Positions 25,992 through 35,405 of a stretch of DNA of 60,472 nucleotides are shown here, in pieces; within the stretch, counting starts at the first letter, position 1; every line of letters begins with the position of its first letter. The notes below the pieces were generated by a model. That model was not told the DNA's origin. It made no database searches and worked only from the letters and a program-made list of their open reading frames with translations. The DNA is taken from assembly GCA_964449965.1 (NCBI GenBank), contig CAYVEO010000007.1:1-60472 (forward strand), in the 5' to 3' direction. A program made the translations under genes and the position numbers. This DNA is from an uncultured Planctomycetia bacterium. Lineage in GTDB: Bacteria; Omnitrophota; Gorgyraeia; CAYVEO01.

Positions 25992-27559
25992 TCAATCCTG
26001 CATGTGGCGCTAAAGACTATGACGCCATCCTTTTCCCTTATAATACCAGGCGTTACTTCTTTAAGATAAGGTATCTCCCCCAACCCCTTTATAAATTCCA
26101 GGACCAATGGGTTAGATGACCCTTCACCTGATAATTTCAAAACGCCGCCGCTGATAGATAAATCAAGGAGCCATATACCTTCAGGTACCTTCTGGCTTAT
26201 GCCAATCAATGCCTCAAGCGGCACTTGTCCTTTACTTATAATATTGTCAAGAAACGTAATCTTATTTTCTAATGCTGTCTTCCTGTCCCATGTAGCAATA
26301 ACGCTGTCAAGGACCTTCTTTGATTTTTGAAATTGTTTCTTTTTATTGGAGACGTCTATGAATCTCAAGCCAAAACCCAGGACCAATGCCACTGCGACAA
26401 TCTTTATCAGGTTTTCCTTGAGTAAAGTCTTGCCTTCCTTCCTCACCTCTCGCGGCAGGAGGTTTACACTCTTGGAAGTACCCCCGGTAAGAACCAGTCC
26501 AATTGCCACCCCCAGCCCTGGGGCGATATCCGCTATATCCGGGAATCTAGTAGAGTCAACCTTTATGCCCCTTAAAGGGTTGCCTATTTCAACAGGTGTC
26601 CCTAATTCATTTGAAAGAAATTTATCCAAACCTTTAAGGTTCGCTTCACCGCCAAAAAGGACTATTCTGTTAACCTTTGCTTCATGAGATTGGGCTTTGT
26701 AGAAATCAAAGGTGCGTTCCAATTCTGTGGCGAACTGATGCAGTATAGGATTTATTACAGGGTATATATCAGAATTCTCACTTATACCTGTCTTAATCTT
26801 TAGAGCCTCTGCCTCTTCAAAACTTATATTAAGCCCTTGTTGGATTCCCTGGGTCAGGAGATTCCCTGCTATGGGCAGGTCCCTATTGAAACGCAGGTTA
26901 CCCCCCTTGTATATATTTATATTGCTCTTTCCTGCCCCTATGTCTATCAATGCTATTACGTCATCCTCTTTCCATTCCCCGCCTCTCTCAAATGAGTTCC
27001 ACAAGGCAAAAGCGTTTATATCCAGGGATTCTATTTTAAGACCTACATTCTTGAAATGACCGGCATAAGTCTGGACGTCTTCTGCCTTGGCTGCAACGAC
27101 CGTTATCTCGCGGTTTCTTACCCCTGTCCTGATTACCTCAGAACCTATCAGGTAATCAAATACAGCCTCATCCACGGGGAATGGCAGGTCCCGTTCCACA
27201 GCCCATTTAACAGATTCTCTCAATTCCTCCTGGGGCATCTGAGGCAAAAGCACGTTCCGCGTAGTTAGAGACGGCTTGGCAAAATTAGAATGGACCTTCC
27301 TGAGTTTTACCTTACAGTCAGCTACTGCCCTCGTTATAGCCTCCTCTGTGGGGTCTTCTAATTTACCCCCTGTCTTAACAGGTTCTTTAGAAACCCTTGC
27401 CTGTCCTATGCCCGCTAATCTCAATCCATCAGGGGCCTGTTTTAACACAACCACCTTGACAAAACCAGTCCCTATATCCATCCCTACAAGGAATTTCCCA
27501 GGCTGGAATATATTCACCTCAAAATTAAATTTGGACAATTTCTTAGCCATATCTCTCAA
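25988..27559 (-). CDS. pilMN: PilM-PilN fusion protein (actin-like ATPase fused to PilN-type bitopic segment)
   Basis: 523 aa. The N-terminal roughly 355 aa follow the PilM pattern (GMDIGTGFVKVVVL, IDIGAGKSNI). This is followed by VNLLPREVR (the PilN N-terminal NLLP motif), a TM helix and a periplasmic domain. Confidence 0.78.
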   Translation of the reverse strand: MRDMAKKLSKFNFEVNIFQPGKFLVGMDIGTGFVKVVVLKQAPDGLRLAGIGQARVSKEPVKTGGKLEDPTEEAITRAVADCKVKLRKVHSNFAKPSLTTRNVLLPQMPQEELRESVKWAVERDLPFPVDEAVFDYLIGSEVIRTGVRNREITVVAAKAEDVQTYAGHFKNVGLKIESLDINAFALWNSFERGGEWKEDDVIALIDIGAGKSNINIYKGGNLRFNRDLPIAGNLLTQGIQQGLNISFEEAEALKIKTGISENSDIYPVINPILHQFATELERTFDFYKAQSHEAKVNRIVLFGGEANLKGLDKFLSNELGTPVEIGNPLRGIKVDSTRFPDIADIAPGLGVAIGLVLTGGTSKSVNLLPREVRKEGKTLLKENLIKIVAVALVLGFGLRFIDVSNKKKQFQKSKKVLDSVIATWDRKTALENKITFLDNIISKGQVPLEALIGISQKVPEGIWLLDLSISGGVLKLSGEGSSNPLVLEFIKGLGEIPYLKEVTPGIIREKDGVIVFSATCRID

Positions 27560-29487
27560 TACACCTCACGCCAGTTTACAATCGTAAGCCCGCCTGTAAA
27601 ACCGAGCGGGGCAGGGTCAGGGACATACCTCTTTGCAGGAACTGAATAATTGTCAATATCTATCTTGCCAGTCGCACTACTATTTTCATTCTTGTTAATC
27701 AAGTCTATCTCATTGGAAACGATAGCACCTGCCATCCCCACATTGTCAAATTGGACCCTGCCCTGTTCTGAATATGCCACCCCGTTTACTACCCTATCGC
27801 TACGTTTTTGAGAACCAAATTCCCTGATATTACCAAGTTTTGTAGCCATAGCAGGGTAGTCTGCCTTATTTGTTGAGGCATTTAGTGGAACTGTAAAATT
27901 TAAGACTTTCACACCCTGGATAGCAAGATTTACCTCATAGGATGTGTTATAAGTTTGTTCGTAGAATGTGGCTATTAACTGCGTCGCACCGCTAATACTC
28001 ATATCTCCATCAAATTCAAATGCTATAGTTGTCTGACTTCCCACAATAGAGTTATAAGATGGGCTAAAAGAGACCGACGGACTTCCCTTTGCATAACTCC
28101 CTGTCCATACTACTGTCCCATTAGGTATCTCAACCTTGGTCAGGGTGGGTGTATCTGTCCATGTAGCACTGAATTTGTCAAGCACTACATTATATAAGGT
28201 TACATTCTGTATCTGAAATTCAATCCGTTTTAATACGCCTTTTACTCCCTTAAGTCTCGGAGAACCTGTTACGCATATAATCTCGCGCCCCTTTATTACA
28301 ATTCCATCCTGAGGCTGGGTTACATATACACCTATAGGATGGTCAGAATCAAATCCTGAACAACCTGTGAGGGTATTTGCAGCCCTGTCTATACCCGTAT
28401 ATGTAAAACTATCCCCCTCTATGAATGCTGACCCTGCAGGATATAAGAAACCAGTCGTACTTTGTAGAGTCAATGTAGTGGTAGGTGGAGATAACGTAAC
28501 AGCAGTAGTCGTCTGTGATGCATTTACCTGTGCAACCGTCTCACCTATAAAATGGCTATTCTGGGTAGCATCTCCAGTGCATGTATAAAAGTTGCTTGCA
28601 TCTCTACTCGCATAATTAAAAAGGTCGCCGTTTACAGTCGCCGATCCAGAGGCGGAAAAATCAGATATATCGTCTGAGGTAACCAGTGTAGTCCATGGAC
28701 TTGAAGCATCACTACCCACAGCAGCAACCCTTCCTTCTGCCACCAGGACACAGTTAGTAAAGGTAACATCCTGGTCAGTAGTATATATAGAGGCAATGCC
28801 TTTGATATAATATACGGTATCGGAAACAGGAGTAAGATACGGAGCTCCAAAAGACTGGTCATTTGGTATGAGGCTGTGAGTTAATCCTGTTCCTGTAAAA
28901 TTATTAGAATCAGCGTAATACGACATATCAATCTGCGGCATAAGAACACGCGGCATGCTTGGCTCAGGCTGGCCTGCATCCATTGTCATTCTTGCAGGGT
29001 CTAAGTAAACCATCCGGTTGGCATGAATCCTTCCGTCTATATTCCCGTAGGCTGTTGAACGGTTTATATCTTCATTAGATAACAGGGCATATTTAAACGC
29101 AACTATAGAAACATCTGCCTGCAAGATACGTTTGGCTAATTCTACTCCTGTCCCTGGTTCTAATATAACACCTGTAGAGGTTAGCGTCCTCCAATCTGTC
29201 CCCAATGGGCTCGTTCCAGAAACCACTGTGTACTTTTTTGTATTTGCTGTGTCTAAATATTCAGGTCCGAGTGTCCCTGTCCAACTTCCTTTCAGGTCAA
29301 CAAAATACCTTATACCTCTTTCCATACCTGCCTCTGCAATGTAAAGGGCTTCTGTAGAATTCCTCTGATTCTTTGAGATGTATGCCTCAAGCCTCACCAT
29401 ATACATATACGCCCCGCCCAGGACAAGAAGGATTACCATTATTATGAGAGATAGTAACAGGGCTATGCCTTTATTATTCAAAACCAC
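27556..29487 (-). CDS. Large PilX_N-type minor pilin / putative tip-associated protein
   Basis: 643 aa. The N-terminus GIALLLSLIIMVILLVLGGAYMYMV...EALYIAEAGMERGI fits the PilX N-terminal domain. The remainder is T/S/G-rich and beta-type with no recognisable domain. Confidence 0.6.
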   Translation of the reverse strand: MVLNNKGIALLLSLIIMVILLVLGGAYMYMVRLEAYISKNQRNSTEALYIAEAGMERGIRYFVDLKGSWTGTLGPEYLDTANTKKYTVVSGTSPLGTDWRTLTSTGVILEPGTGVELAKRILQADVSIVAFKYALLSNEDINRSTAYGNIDGRIHANRMVYLDPARMTMDAGQPEPSMPRVLMPQIDMSYYADSNNFTGTGLTHSLIPNDQSFGAPYLTPVSDTVYYIKGIASIYTTDQDVTFTNCVLVAEGRVAAVGSDASSPWTTLVTSDDISDFSASGSATVNGDLFNYASRDASNFYTCTGDATQNSHFIGETVAQVNASQTTTAVTLSPPTTTLTLQSTTGFLYPAGSAFIEGDSFTYTGIDRAANTLTGCSGFDSDHPIGVYVTQPQDGIVIKGREIICVTGSPRLKGVKGVLKRIEFQIQNVTLYNVVLDKFSATWTDTPTLTKVEIPNGTVVWTGSYAKGSPSVSFSPSYNSIVGSQTTIAFEFDGDMSISGATQLIATFYEQTYNTSYEVNLAIQGVKVLNFTVPLNASTNKADYPAMATKLGNIREFGSQKRSDRVVNGVAYSEQGRVQFDNVGMAGAIVSNEIDLINKNENSSATGKIDIDNYSVPAKRYVPDPAPLGFTGGLTIVNWREVY

Positions 29488-30041
29488 ATCCCTCTCGGAT
29501 AGGCATTTCCTATCATCGTAACGTCATAACTGAATTTCTGTGTATCCCTGCCTACAACCAATCTCATTGCTATAAGACGCACACTATCCCGTTTACTCTG
29601 AGGAGTTACAGGGTTGGTATATTTCGTAGTATCTATATGCGGCGAAGATGGGTCATCACCCCAGTATTGTAGTTCAAAATTCCTGACATAAGTACTTACC
29701 GCCTCAGTTGCTACAGGGGTCTTTGTATAATCCACCCTGTATAGATTTGTCAATGTCCTGACATACTCTACGTTATTCCCGAGTCCATCATTATCAACAT
29801 CACCCCAGAATATGAGGCGGCTCGTATCAGCCACACCTATCTGGGTAGCTTGCCTGATTTCTTTCCCCATCCACTCAAGCCCGACACGCCCATTCTGGAC
29901 TATCTCAGTTTCCATATCCCCGTATTCCCATGAGATTGTCCCCTGGTTAAGCATCTCATAGATAACCACTATTATAATGCCCAGGACCAGAATAGAAACG
30001 ATAACCTCTGTAAGTGTAAAACCAGTCTCTTCCAATTTCAT
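29478..30041 (-). CDS. Prepilin-type minor pseudopilin (PilW/GspJ-like)
   Basis: 187 aa. Leader MKLEETG|FTLTEVIVSILVLGII with Glu at +5. Confidence 0.7.
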   Translation of the reverse strand: MKLEETGFTLTEVIVSILVLGIIIVVIYEMLNQGTISWEYGDMETEIVQNGRVGLEWMGKEIRQATQIGVADTSRLIFWGDVDNDGLGNNVEYVRTLTNLYRVDYTKTPVATEAVSTYVRNFELQYWGDDPSSPHIDTTKYTNPVTPQSKRDSVRLIAMRLVVGRDTQKFSYDVTMIGNAYPRGMWF

Positions 30042-30044
30042 CTC

Positions 30045-30620
30045 TTAATATCTTGCGCGGATGGTTGTCAATGTCACCGGTGTAATAGAATTATCTGTCT
30101 TGGAAACGGTCACGATAATCCTTTTATAATCTGCCTTTAAACTCGTAGCCTGATTATTTTGGTACAATTTCCAGCCGCTTGCCGGGGGGTCTGGTTCAAC
30201 TGATTCCACTACTGCCTCATACTTAAAAATAGAAAAGTCAGGCTGGCCGCCTGTCCCGTTCATAATCTGGCCATCTATCGTCCTGGGAGGCGTCTCTGTC
30301 CATCCGTTATAATCATCCACGTCATCCCATTCTATCCTATTGGACGTATCCTCATCCGGCTCTGGTCCAAACTTCTTGTTTGCATCAGGGTCTTCAAATG
30401 CCTTTGACCTTATCTCGTCCATAACCCCTGATGCCAGATTGGATGCGATAGTTACATCCCTTCCTGTCTTATTGCCATGGAATCCTATATAAAATTGTCC
30501 CAGGAGCGGCACAATAGCTATAGCCAGCACTATTATAGCCATCAGGATTTCAGCATAGGTAAACCCCGCTCTACTCAACTTTCTTCTTTTCTGCATCACT
30601 TTCTGCCAGATATTTCGCAA
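30045..30620 (-). CDS. Prepilin-type minor pseudopilin (PilV/GspI-like)
   Basis: 191 aa. RAG|FTYAEILMAIIVLAIAIVPL prepilin motif. The start may be Met9 (30596). It overlaps the end of the REC gene. Confidence 0.7.
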   Translation of the reverse strand: MRNIWQKVMQKRRKLSRAGFTYAEILMAIIVLAIAIVPLLGQFYIGFHGNKTGRDVTIASNLASGVMDEIRSKAFEDPDANKKFGPEPDEDTSNRIEWDDVDDYNGWTETPPRTIDGQIMNGTGGQPDFSIFKYEAVVESVEPDPPASGWKLYQNNQATSLKADYKRIIVTVSKTDNSITPVTLTTIRARY

Positions 30621-30966
30621 TCTTATTTAAGAGTTCATTGCTGTCAAATGGCTTTACCAGATATTCTGTAGCCCCGATTCGCTCACCCCATATCTTATCA
30701 ATTGCCTGAGCCTTTGCAGTGAGCATAAGAATAGGAAGTTTTTTGAAACGCAGATCTGCCCTTAATCTCTGACATACCTCAAATCCGTCCATCTTAGGCA
30801 TCATTATATCTAATATCATCAGGTCCGGGGATTGTTCATAGACTGCCCTTAAGCCAGCCTCTCCATCAGATGCTGATACGACTTCATAGTTATTTGCCTT
30901 GAGTCTGAACGTAAGAGTCTTGACAATATTAGGCTCATCATCAACTAACAGTATTTTATGTGCCAT
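30571..30966 (-). CDS. Stand-alone response-regulator receiver protein (CheY/PilH-like)
   Basis: 131 aa. LLVDDEP acidic pocket, phospho-acceptor in MILDIMMP, LMLTAK and VKPF. Confidence 0.9.
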   Translation of the reverse strand: MAHKILLVDDEPNIVKTLTFRLKANNYEVVSASDGEAGLRAVYEQSPDLMILDIMMPKMDGFEVCQRLRADLRFKKLPILMLTAKAQAIDKIWGERIGATEYLVKPFDSNELLNKIAKYLAESDAEKKKVE

Positions 30967-30969
30967 TGC

Positions 30970-32046
30970 TCATGCCTTCTTTGTCCTCATCCTTGCCAAT
31001 ATCTTCTTTTGCAGGGATTCAGGTTCTCTTGACACTGCTATCGCCTGCTCCTCTGCAACGAGATTTCTCTTAAAAAGTTCTTCCAATGCCTGGTCCAGTG
31101 TCTGCATACCCACATCCCTGCCCATTTCAATATTGGAGTATATCTGGAAGGTCTTGCCTTCCCTTATCATATTCCGGACAGCAGGGGTAGCAATCATCAC
31201 CTCTACTGCAGGCACCCTTCCAAGTCCATCCCTCTTTATTATCAACTGCTGGGATATAACGCCCTGAAGTGTAATGGAAAGCTGTGTCCTGACCTGCTGC
31301 TGCTGGTAAGGAGGGAATACGTCTATAATCCTGTCTATCGTCTGGGCAGCATCTGTAGTATGGAGCGTTCCGAATACCAGATGCCCTGTCTCTGCAGCAG
31401 TGATAGCAGTCTGGATAGTCTCAAGGTCCCTCAATTCACCTATGAGAATTACATTAGGGTCCTGGCGAAGGACTTCTCTTAATGCCCTCTGGAAAGAGTG
31501 TGAGTCTGTGCCTATCTCACGCTGGCTTATAATGGATTTTCTGTGTGAGTGGGTATATTCTATAGGGTCTTCTATCGTGACTATATGGCAGGACCTTTCT
31601 GAGTTAATCAAACTTATCATTGCCGCCAGTGTAGTGGATTTCCCGCTGCCAGTAGGACCGGTTACCAGGACAAGCCCCCTGGGTCTGCGGGTAAGGTCTC
31701 GGACTATATCCGGCAGTCCCAATTTAGCAAAGTCAAGCACCTCATGCGGCACTAACCTCAATGCTGCAGCAGGCGCCCCTCTTTGAAAATAGACGTTTAC
31801 CCTGAACCTCGCCATGCCCTTGAGATTGTAAGAAAAGTCCAATTCCCTCTCTTCCTCAAATCTCTTCTTCTGCTCATCATTCATCAGAAAATAGATGAGT
31901 CTCTTAACCTCTTCTTCATCCAATTCCACTAAATGGGTATAAATAAGTTCCCCGTTCACCCGCACAACAGGAGGTGAATTGGAAATAAGGTGCAGGTCAG
32001 AAGCCTTCTTGTCAACCACCATATTAAGAAGCTCAAGCATTTCCAT
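30970..32046 (-). CDS. pilT: Type IV pilus retraction ATPase PilT
   Basis: 358 aa. Walker A GPTGSGKST, Asp box EDPIE, Walker B ILIGELRD, His box GHLVFGTLHT and the PilT-specific AVRNMIRE motif. Confidence 0.9.
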   Translation of the reverse strand: MEMLELLNMVVDKKASDLHLISNSPPVVRVNGELIYTHLVELDEEEVKRLIYFLMNDEQKKRFEEERELDFSYNLKGMARFRVNVYFQRGAPAAALRLVPHEVLDFAKLGLPDIVRDLTRRPRGLVLVTGPTGSGKSTTLAAMISLINSERSCHIVTIEDPIEYTHSHRKSIISQREIGTDSHSFQRALREVLRQDPNVILIGELRDLETIQTAITAAETGHLVFGTLHTTDAAQTIDRIIDVFPPYQQQQVRTQLSITLQGVISQQLIIKRDGLGRVPAVEVMIATPAVRNMIREGKTFQIYSNIEMGRDVGMQTLDQALEELFKRNLVAEEQAIAVSREPESLQKKILARMRTKKA

Positions 32047-32070
32047 CTATAACCGTCCTTCTAATGTATT

Positions 32071-32094
32071 GTAGGGGCGACATTCATGGCGCCC
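32071..32094 (+). repeat. REP-like GTAG-headed palindrome at the Wzy_C/pilT junction
   Basis: GTAGGGGCGACATTCATGGCGCCC. The stop codon of the upstream gene (32084-32086) sits in the hairpin loop. Confidence 0.7.
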
Positions 32095-33826
32095 GTTTTG
32101 CTTCCTTGGACACCATCTCTAACAAATCCCTTGCCAATGTAAGGTTAGGATTTACATCTATGACAAACTTCAACTCCTGAATAGATTTATCATACTCCCC
32201 TAACCTGCGATGGACACCAGCCAGACTAATGCGTGCCTCTATATTATAGTTATCTATCTGGATGGATTTTTTTAACTCCTCAATCGCCTGAGCATAAAGT
32301 CCCTGCCCGGCATATACAGAGCCTAACGTACTATATCCATCAGTTAAACTGTCATCCAATCTCACAGCCTTCTCATATTCTTTAACGGCAGATTCTATCC
32401 TGCCGCTCATTATCAAACTATTCCCTCGCTGATATGCCAAATGTGCCATAAATGGCATCAGGCTATACCTGATTACCAGAATAATAAAAATTGCGTAGAT
32501 AATCCATAAGAACCCTTGCCTTCGGGGACTGTCCATTTTCCCGGGGACTGTCCCCTTTCCCTTCTCACCTGCCGCCACCGTAATGCCCATAAATACCCAC
32601 ATCATCATTGCCGGGGCTGGCATCTGGAGACCAAAATCCGTTAGGCTATGAATTAGCAAAGCAATTATACCACATACAAGCCCAGAGGTCAACCATTTAT
32701 CTCCATTGGACTTTATAATGCTCATCCCGTATTTCATATACCGCACCACAATCCATAAAAATGCCGCCAGCCCCAATATCCCAACCTCAACTGCTAATTG
32801 GATATAATCATTGTGCACCTGCATCGGCCTCCTGTTAGGCAGGACCTCGTTAAACTTAGAAACCTGATATTTTGGAAACAAGAGATAAAAATTGTTCAAC
32901 CCTGACCCCAAAAAGGGATGAACCTGTAGCATCCTTATACTACTCTGCCACATAACCACCCTGCCAATAAAGGTAGCATCCTTTTCCTCTTCTTTGAATA
33001 TCTGGGCTAATCTGCCATTTACAAATAGACCGGTAATAAATAAGACTGCCACTATACCCACCAGGACCATCACGGTAACTTTCTTCCGAGCATTGAGGGC
33101 TACAAAAAATAATAGCGCCCCTGCCAGTCCTAACCATGCACCCTTGGCAAATGTTAAGATAAGACAGGAACCCATGATTGAAATGATACATGCCCATACT
33201 AACATCCATTTAAAGTTCTTACTATGTAGCATTATGCCCAGAGCAACCGGTATGACCATAATCAGATATTGCGCTACTGCATTGGAATTACCCATAGTCA
33301 CCCACATCTGGACCTGCTGCGTAACGGGTTTCTCCCATTTAAATATGCCAAATCCCATATATTCCAATATTCCCAATATTGAGACGAACAACCCTGCTAA
33401 AACAATCGCCCCGGCTATCCACCTTATATGCTCATCTTTTTTCAAGTTACTTGCTACCATGTAATAGAGCAGAACATACCCCATAATATTCGTCCATCCC
33501 TTCAGGCTGATAGCACTATTCGTCGTATTCCTGAAAGATGCCAGAACAAAAACGAGAAACACAATAATAGCCATATCCAAAGGCGTCCTCAAAATGGGGA
33601 CGGTTCTATTTTTCGGGGACAGTCCCAACCCATCCTTTAGATGGGTACCCCGAGGTACAGTCCCCTTCACCCCCTTTACCAGCCACGCTAAAATCACAAT
33701 GGATAACAAGACTTGTGCAAGCAACTGCTTCGGCAAAGTAAACCCCACAGTCGTTGAATCCGTAACCACAACCGGCACAAAGAACACTATCCCTATCAGC
33801 CCTATTACTATTATTTTATCTAACAT
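32084..33826 (-). CDS. O-antigen-ligase-family (Wzy_C) polytopic membrane protein with C-terminal TPR repeats
   Basis: 580 aa with about 10 or more TM helices. The loop RVVMWQSSIRMLQVHPFLGSGLNNF is typical of the Wzy_C family. The C-terminal roughly 120 aa are TPR-like. TAATG overlap with the upstream pilT paralog. Confidence 0.7.
   Translation of the reverse strand: MLDKIIVIGLIGIVFFVPVVVTDSTTVGFTLPKQLLAQVLLSIVILAWLVKGVKGTVPRGTHLKDGLGLSPKNRTVPILRTPLDMAIIVFLVFVLASFRNTTNSAISLKGWTNIMGYVLLYYMVASNLKKDEHIRWIAGAIVLAGLFVSILGILEYMGFGIFKWEKPVTQQVQMWVTMGNSNAVAQYLIMVIPVALGIMLHSKNFKWMLVWACIISIMGSCLILTFAKGAWLGLAGALLFFVALNARKKVTVMVLVGIVAVLFITGLFVNGRLAQIFKEEEKDATFIGRVVMWQSSIRMLQVHPFLGSGLNNFYLLFPKYQVSKFNEVLPNRRPMQVHNDYIQLAVEVGILGLAAFLWIVVRYMKYGMSIIKSNGDKWLTSGLVCGIIALLIHSLTDFGLQMPAPAMMMWVFMGITVAAGEKGKGTVPGKMDSPRRQGFLWIIYAIFIILVIRYSLMPFMAHLAYQRGNSLIMSGRIESAVKEYEKAVRLDDSLTDGYSTLGSVYAGQGLYAQAIEELKKSIQIDNYNIEARISLAGVHRRLGEYDKSIQELKFVIDVNPNLTLARDLLEMVSKEAKRAP
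32524..32555. repeat. Two tandem GGGGACTGTCC(CC) palindromic motifs inside the Wzy_C coding sequence
   Basis: The + strand reads GGGGACTGTCCATTTTCCCGGGGACTGTCCCC. It is translated on the - strand as KGTVPGKMDSPR. Confidence 0.6.
33591..33665. repeat. Three GGGGAC(n)GT(C/T)C-type motifs inside the Wzy_C coding sequence
   Basis: AAAATGGGGACGGTTCTATTTTTCGGGGACAGTCCC ... GAGGTACAGTCCCC. It is translated as KGTVPRGTHLKDGLGLSPKNRTVPI. Confidence 0.6.
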
Positions 33827-35403
33827 TAAAAAAATACTATATCCCCTATCACCATAGATGTAAACCGGTTGGAAAACTCAATGGAATATATCCTTATATG
33901 TTTGCCAACCAATTCCTGCGGCACGGTAAAGATGATGTTATGCCACTTGCCGTCTTCAAGGATAGGGATTCCCGCTGAATGACCTTCCTCGCCTGTCCAT
34001 GGTATCTTGAGCGTCTCTTTACCGGTATATAATTCAAAATGGACAAGGTTAGGCTCTTCGCCTTCACCCTTTATATCTATGGACTTATATCGCAAATAGA
34101 TGCGGGCTGGTAAATGAAACGTATCCCTCGCGCCGCTCACTATACTGAAATCCGTGATGTAGCACCTCTCTTTAGTAGAAATGGGATTAAGCGTCCATTT
34201 CAAGCCCTCAATAGTAAATGCTATATTCCCTGACGAATTCCAATAAGATTCCTGCCCTTGCTCAAAAAGTGACCTGTAATGTATTAATTCCTTGGTAATG
34301 GGAATGGGCTTATCCTCGCCTTCCTTTATCTGAGTATCAGGCATCATTTTGCCTTCTAATTTTCTGGAAAGCCTCACCTGATGAACGCTTCCCCCTATTA
34401 TCTCCTCATAGGTAACAAGCCCTTTTTCACACAGTCCTTCCAATGCCTGTTCCATCGTCTGCATTCCTATCGCCTGTCCCATCTCTATCTCAGAGTAAAT
34501 CTGCGGTGTATTACCTTCCCTTATGAGATTCTTTATGGCGAGTGTTCCTAACATAATCTCAGCAGCAGGTATCCTGCCTTTCCCATCAGCCCTGATGAGC
34601 AGCTGCTGGGATATTATCCCCTGCAGAACAATGGATAACTGGGTACGGACCTGCTGTTGCTGCTCTGGAGAAAATACCTCTATAATGCGGTCTAATGCCT
34701 GGACCGCATCCGTAGCTGACAATGTCCCGAAGACAAGATGTCCTGCCTCTGCCGCAGTCAAGGCAGTAGAGATGGTTTCCAAATCCATCAACTCCCCGAT
34801 AAATATAACATCCGGGTCCTGGCGGGTAGTCTGCTTCAGTGCATTTATAAATGATAATGAGTCAGTCCCTATTTCACGCTGGCTTACAATGCTATTCCGG
34901 TGGATATGTGTATATTCTATGGGGTCTTCAATGGTTACTATATGGCATCTCTTGTCTGAATTGAGCATGTCTATTAAACATGCAAGTGTGGTGGATTTAC
35001 CTGAGCCGCTTGAACCTGTAACCAGGACAAGGCCGCTATTTTTATGGGCGAGTTCACGCAGCACAGGCGGAAGGTTCAGTTCTTCAAGGGTGGGTATCCT
35101 GTCCGGGATACGTCTCAATATAGCGCCTGTAGTTCCGCGCTGGCGAAATATACTTGCCTTGAATCTGCCTAACGGCGCTTTATCAAAAGAGAAATTAATA
35201 ACACATTCCTGTTCAAACTCTTTCTTCTGGTGGGATGTCATGATAGGAGATAACAGGGTATCTATATCCTGAGGCAGGAGTTGCGCAGAATCCATAGGCG
35301 AGATTCTACCCTCTATATTAAGGACAGGCGGAGATTCTGCTATTAAGAATAATGACATGGCATTTTTATTCACCATCTCATTCAGCAGGTTATCAATAAC
35401 CAT
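33826..35403 (-). CDS. PilT-family ATPase paralog with about 175-aa C-terminal extension of unknown fold
   Basis: 525 aa. Walker A GSSGSGKST, EDPIE, IFIGELMD and AIKNLIRE are present. The His box reads GHLVFGTLSA (second His replaced by Ser). Residues from about 350 to 525 are beta-rich with no recognised family. Confidence 0.85.
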   Translation of the reverse strand: MVIDNLLNEMVNKNAMSLFLIAESPPVLNIEGRISPMDSAQLLPQDIDTLLSPIMTSHQKKEFEQECVINFSFDKAPLGRFKASIFRQRGTTGAILRRIPDRIPTLEELNLPPVLRELAHKNSGLVLVTGSSGSGKSTTLACLIDMLNSDKRCHIVTIEDPIEYTHIHRNSIVSQREIGTDSLSFINALKQTTRQDPDVIFIGELMDLETISTALTAAEAGHLVFGTLSATDAVQALDRIIEVFSPEQQQQVRTQLSIVLQGIISQQLLIRADGKGRIPAAEIMLGTLAIKNLIREGNTPQIYSEIEMGQAIGMQTMEQALEGLCEKGLVTYEEIIGGSVHQVRLSRKLEGKMMPDTQIKEGEDKPIPITKELIHYRSLFEQGQESYWNSSGNIAFTIEGLKWTLNPISTKERCYITDFSIVSGARDTFHLPARIYLRYKSIDIKGEGEEPNLVHFELYTGKETLKIPWTGEEGHSAGIPILEDGKWHNIIFTVPQELVGKHIRIYSIEFSNRFTSMVIGDIVFF

Positions 35404-35405
35404 AT

